From contig JBKAGP010000001.1 in NCBI GenBank assembly GCA_046290465.1, forward strand, positions 5,408,001-5,472,000: a stretch of DNA of 64,000 nucleotides, read 5' to 3'. The notes beneath the pieces were generated by a model. It had not been told where the DNA came from. It did not search any database and worked only from the letters and a program-made list of their open reading frames with translations. Positions 60,530 through 64,000 of this stretch are shown here, piece by piece. Position 1 is the stretch's first letter, and each line of letters begins with the position of its first letter. Position numbers and translations under genes: made by a program. The DNA is from Planctomycetota bacterium. Lineage in GTDB: Bacteria; Planctomycetota; UBA1135; UBA2386.

Positions 60530-60620
60530 GTCGCGGTCGGCGCGTGGGCGCCGGCTGGCAAGAGCCCGATCATCAGCGGCTCGACCATCAGGTGCCCAGC
60601 ATCAGGGCTCCATCGTCATC

Positions 60621-61745
60621 TCAGAAGCCGGGGTGCGCCGCGATCCCCTGGCTGCTCGCAGCCGCGAGCGTGCTCAGGTCGAGGCCGAACGCCTGCGTGA
60701 ACACCGTCGGCAGGCCGGGCAGCACGGCCGGGATCGGCAGTGGAACCACCAGCGGTCCGGCGCCGGCAGCCGCGATCGTGACCACCGGATCGACCAGCAG
60801 CGGGCAGCCTGCGAGCGGCGCGAACACGGTGCCGACGTCCAGCGGCAGGGGCGCTACACCGCCGAGCGCGCAGCGGTCGAGGCCCACCGCCAGCACCACC
60901 AGGCTCGCGCTCGCAGGCGCCGCGCGCAGCGCGAACGTGGAGTTGCCGAGGGTCGGCGTGCCGATCGCGGTCAGCTGCAGGCTGCCCGGTGCGCCGCAGC
61001 CGGGGCCGGTGTTCGAGTCGAACGTGCCGACTCCGGCGCGCGGAGCGGCCGCCAGCGCCTGTACCTGGTTCGCGTTCCACAGGCCGTCGATCCACAGGAA
61101 CTCGTCGATGTCGAGCGGCGACGGGCTCGAGCCGCTGTCGTCGCGCGCGCCGATGGTGAAGTTGCTGCCGCTGATCCACGCCGGTGCGCCGAAGAACGCC
61201 GGCTGTTCGGGCACCCCGTTGATGTAGAAGGTCGCCTCGACCGAGCCCGAGTCGACGACGCAGGCCAGGTGGGTCCAGCCGGCGTTGAGGTCGGCGGTCA
61301 GGCTGGCGTTGGTCACCGCCACCGCCGGAAAGCCGTCCAGCGTCACCCGGCCGGTGCTGCCGATGTACATGCGCAGCTGGCCGCCGGTCGCGCCGAACAG
61401 GTAGCCGAACGGGATCGTCGTCGGGTTGCCCTGGTGGTTGCGCAGCCACATCGCGAACGAGAAGTCGCCGGTCGGCGCGTCCGGCACCCAGCCGGTGTCG
61501 ACCCGCACGCTGGTCTGGCCGGGGATGCTGCCCGAGAGCCCCTGGCCGAAGGCTCCGGTCAGGCGGCCACTGCCGGCGGCGGCGCCCTGCGCGGTCAGCG
61601 TGCCGCGCGCGCTGCCGGGTGCCAGCCCGATCACCTCCGAGCCGCAGCCCTCCTCGAAGCGGAAGTGCAGCACCTCCTGCGCGCCGAGCGCGGCGCAGGC
61701 CAGGGTGGTCGCCAGCAGAAGCCTCGCCGATCGTCCCGTTCGCAT
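60621..61745 (-). CDS. Secreted LamG/concanavalin-like domain protein with C-terminal domain
   Basis: Signal peptide; FSFAMW, WTHLACV.D, FYING and IDEF motifs. Confidence 0.8.
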   Translation of the reverse strand: MRTGRSARLLLATTLACAALGAQEVLHFRFEEGCGSEVIGLAPGSARGTLTAQGAAAGSGRLTGAFGQGLSGSIPGQTSVRVDTGWVPDAPTGDFSFAMWLRNHQGNPTTIPFGYLFGATGGQLRMYIGSTGRVTLDGFPAVAVTNASLTADLNAGWTHLACVVDSGSVEATFYINGVPEQPAFFGAPAWISGSNFTIGARDDSGSSPSPLDIDEFLWIDGLWNANQVQALAAAPRAGVGTFDSNTGPGCGAPGSLQLTAIGTPTLGNSTFALRAAPASASLVVLAVGLDRCALGGVAPLPLDVGTVFAPLAGCPLLVDPVVTIAAAGAGPLVVPLPIPAVLPGLPTVFTQAFGLDLSTLAAASSQGIAAHPGF

Positions 61746-61877
61746 CGCGCCGACGATAGCAGGGTTTGCATGGTGGTGGCCCTCGGCTGGCGGTAGCGGC
61801 GATTTCGGTGGCGGCGATTCGCGGTCCCCGCGCCGCCAGCGGGAAGGAACGGCTAGGATCTCCGTCGGAAACCAGCC

Positions 61878-63524
61878 ATGTCGAGCCTCCACAACCGTGC
61901 CCGCAGCCGATCCGCCGCTGCCACCGGTGCCGCCAGCGATCCGCAGGCCGGCGTCGCGCTGGTGATGGCGATGATCTTCTCGATCCTGCTCTACATCCTG
62001 GTGGCCGAACTGGTCGTCTCGAGCCGCATGGTGCGCGCCACGGGTGAGAACGACGCGCTGCTGGCCAGGATGAACACCCAGATGCTCTATGAGCTGGGCG
62101 AGGCCGAGGACAAGCTGCTCGCGGACATGGCGAGCGCGACGGCCGAGGGCGAAGGCGGCGCGATGCCCGGCGGCGGCGGCGGCGCGCTCGGCGAGGCGCT
62201 GGGCTCTGCGCCGGCCGGCGGCGAGGGGCTCGGCGAGGAGGGGGCCGAAGAGGACCCGACGACCAAGTGCGATTCGAGCCGCGATGCGTGGTTCGAGCCG
62301 AGCGGCCACCCCGACAACGACCTGACCACCTACGTCTGGATCGAGGACGAGAACCGCAAGTTCAACCTGCTGTCGATCTGGAGCCCCGACGAGGAGTTCG
62401 CCCAGGAGTCGCGCGAAGGCCTGGTGCGCCTGATCGACACGCTGCGCGAGGACACCGAGTGGGACGTGCCGTCGACCGACGCGTCGCTGATCGTGCAGGA
62501 GATCGTCGAGTGGGCGCGCCGGCCGGCCACCGAGGCGATGCCGGTGCCGCCGCTCAAGAGCATGAAGGAGGACGACCGCGACTTCGCGATCCCGCTGCAC
62601 CTCGACGAGCTGATGATGCTGCCGTCGGTCGACGCGGAGCTGTTCTTCGACAAGGCGATCGACCAGAAGGTCTACCTCGGCCTCGAGTCGGTGCTGACGA
62701 TCTGGACCGCGCAGATCCAGGACCCGGGCAACCCCGAGAAGCTCGCCCGCCAGCGCGCGATCGCCGAGGCCCGCGGCCAGCGCGCGCCGCAGGGTGAGGG
62801 CGAAGGCGAAGGTGCCGGCGCCGAAGGTGGCAACGAGGCCGGCAACGAGGCCGGCGCCGAGGGCGACGAGCCGCAGCAGCCCGAGGGCATCGGCATCAAG
62901 GTCAACGTCAACACCGCCACCCGGCCGGTGCTGCGCGCGCTGTTCCCCGAGGACATGGTGCCCGATCGCGTCATCGACGGGATCATCCGCTACCGCAACG
63001 AGATCGACGAGGAAGCGACCGACGAGGCGTCCGACCAGCAGGCCGAGGAGACCTCCGACTTCGGCGACATGATGCTCGGCGACCAGCCGCTGAAGCGGTT
63101 CTTCGAGACGCTCGAGGACCTCGAGCAGGTCGAGGAGTTCGCGCAGATCCCGGATCCCGAGGTCAAGTCGAAGATCATGACCCGGCTTACGGTCAACTCG
63201 GACGTGTTCTCGATCCACCTGGCGTCGCTCTACAAGCGCAACGAGAACGAGAACAAGCGCATCTTCCTGCTGCGCCGGGCGCGCTCGATCGTGCGCCGCA
63301 TCGACGACGGCGAGGAGGGACAGATCCTGCCGATCGTGCCGTACGAGGAGCGCATCGGCCTGCGGGTGCAGCCGGTCGACATGCAGGACGAGATCCTGCA
63401 GGACTGGACGGTCACCTACATGGACATGGACCAGTTCTCGCAGGAGGAACGGGCGTGGAACCCGTTCCTGATCGACTTCTACCTGCCGCCCGACGTGCGC
63501 GAGAACTTCTACTCCAACCGCTGA
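61878..63524 (+). CDS. Type II secretion system GspK-like pseudopilin
   Basis: Prepilin G/VALVMAMIF hydrophobic helix; IEDENRKFNL, LDEL..L..V, KVNVNTA...VLRAL and LTVNSDVF motifs. Confidence 0.85.
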   Translation: MSSLHNRARSRSAAATGAASDPQAGVALVMAMIFSILLYILVAELVVSSRMVRATGENDALLARMNTQMLYELGEAEDKLLADMASATAEGEGGAMPGGGGGALGEALGSAPAGGEGLGEEGAEEDPTTKCDSSRDAWFEPSGHPDNDLTTYVWIEDENRKFNLLSIWSPDEEFAQESREGLVRLIDTLREDTEWDVPSTDASLIVQEIVEWARRPATEAMPVPPLKSMKEDDRDFAIPLHLDELMMLPSVDAELFFDKAIDQKVYLGLESVLTIWTAQIQDPGNPEKLARQRAIAEARGQRAPQGEGEGEGAGAEGGNEAGNEAGAEGDEPQQPEGIGIKVNVNTATRPVLRALFPEDMVPDRVIDGIIRYRNEIDEEATDEASDQQAEETSDFGDMMLGDQPLKRFFETLEDLEQVEEFAQIPDPEVKSKIMTRLTVNSDVFSIHLASLYKRNENENKRIFLLRRARSIVRRIDDGEEGQILPIVPYEERIGLRVQPVDMQDEILQDWTVTYMDMDQFSQEERAWNPFLIDFYLPPDVRENFYSNR

Positions 63525-63529
63525 GCGCG

Positions 63530-64000
63530 ATGCCGAGGCCGGCCGACCCGACGCTGCGCGAACGGCTGATCGCGGCGGCGACCGCGGAGTTCGCCGAGGG
63601 CGGCTATTCGGGCTCGACGCTCGACGCGATCGCGACGCGCGCCGGGGTCACCAAGGGCGGCCTCTACTTCCACTTCGCCGGCAAGGAAGAGCTGTTCTTC
63701 GCGGTGCTCGACCACTGGCGCGAGCACCGGCGGCGCGAGCTGCAGCTGCAGGGGCCGTCGGGTGACGGTGCGGCTGGCGCGCTGCGTTCGTTCCTGGCCG
63801 GCTACCTGTCGTTCCACCTGCGCGAGCCGGCGGCGACGCACCTGCTGCGCGTGCTGTCGACCGAGCTGCGCGGCCGCTTCACCGCGCGGCTGCGCGAGGA
63901 CGACCGCCAGGAGCAGCGCTGGTTCCGTGCGCAGGTGCGCGAACTGCTCGAACTCGGGGCGCGCGACGGCACCCTGGCCGCGGGCGATCCGGCGCTGTCG
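63530..64000 (+). CDS. TetR/AcrR-family transcriptional regulator (partial; not in ORF track)
   Basis: MPRPADPTLRERLIAAATAEFAEGGYSGSTLDAIATRAGVTKGGLYFHFAGKEELF. Confidence 0.92.
   Translation, partial: MPRPADPTLRERLIAAATAEFAEGGYSGSTLDAIATRAGVTKGGLYFHFAGKEELFFAVLDHWREHRRRELQLQGPSGDGAAGALRSFLAGYLSFHLREPAATHLLRVLSTELRGRFTARLREDDRQEQRWFRAQVRELLELGARDGTLAAGDPALS

Overview
Very GC-rich bacterial DNA, probably Planctomycetota. This is an inference from the ECF sigma/Ser-Thr kinase pair, the many secreted beta-propeller and carboxypeptidase-regulatory-like proteins, and a type-2 IleRS. The window holds about 45 genes. Housekeeping genes are ileS, rpsO and pnp; the rest are mostly secreted enzymes, signalling proteins and T2SS-like genes (secretin, GspK). 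No rRNA, tRNA, CRISPR array or transposase was recognised. Main points: (1) A co-oriented minus-strand cluster (26161-32240) joins small-molecule tailoring enzymes (heme-oxygenase-like diiron oxidase, SAM methyltransferase, Fe/2OG dioxygenase, possible hot-dog protein, ICMT-like methyltransferase) to an H-NOX sensor and its HNOBA hybrid kinase. It is a candidate NOS-independent 'make and sense NO or an N-oxidised signal' system. (2) Two genes that the ORF track splits are probable selenoproteins: an AhpD-like CxxU protein and a UxxC thioredoxin-fold lipoprotein. Each has an in-frame TGA followed by a SECIS-like hairpin whose loop starts CGUG. (3) PNPase has a Lys-rich N-terminal extension and a ~330-aa Arg/Asp tandem-repeat tail. 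(4) A 1941-aa membrane-anchored sigma-54 activator lies just upstream of a sigma-54-type promoter. (5) Three unrelated secreted proteins appear to share a C-terminal domain. All family calls are from motif recognition by eye; no searches were run.
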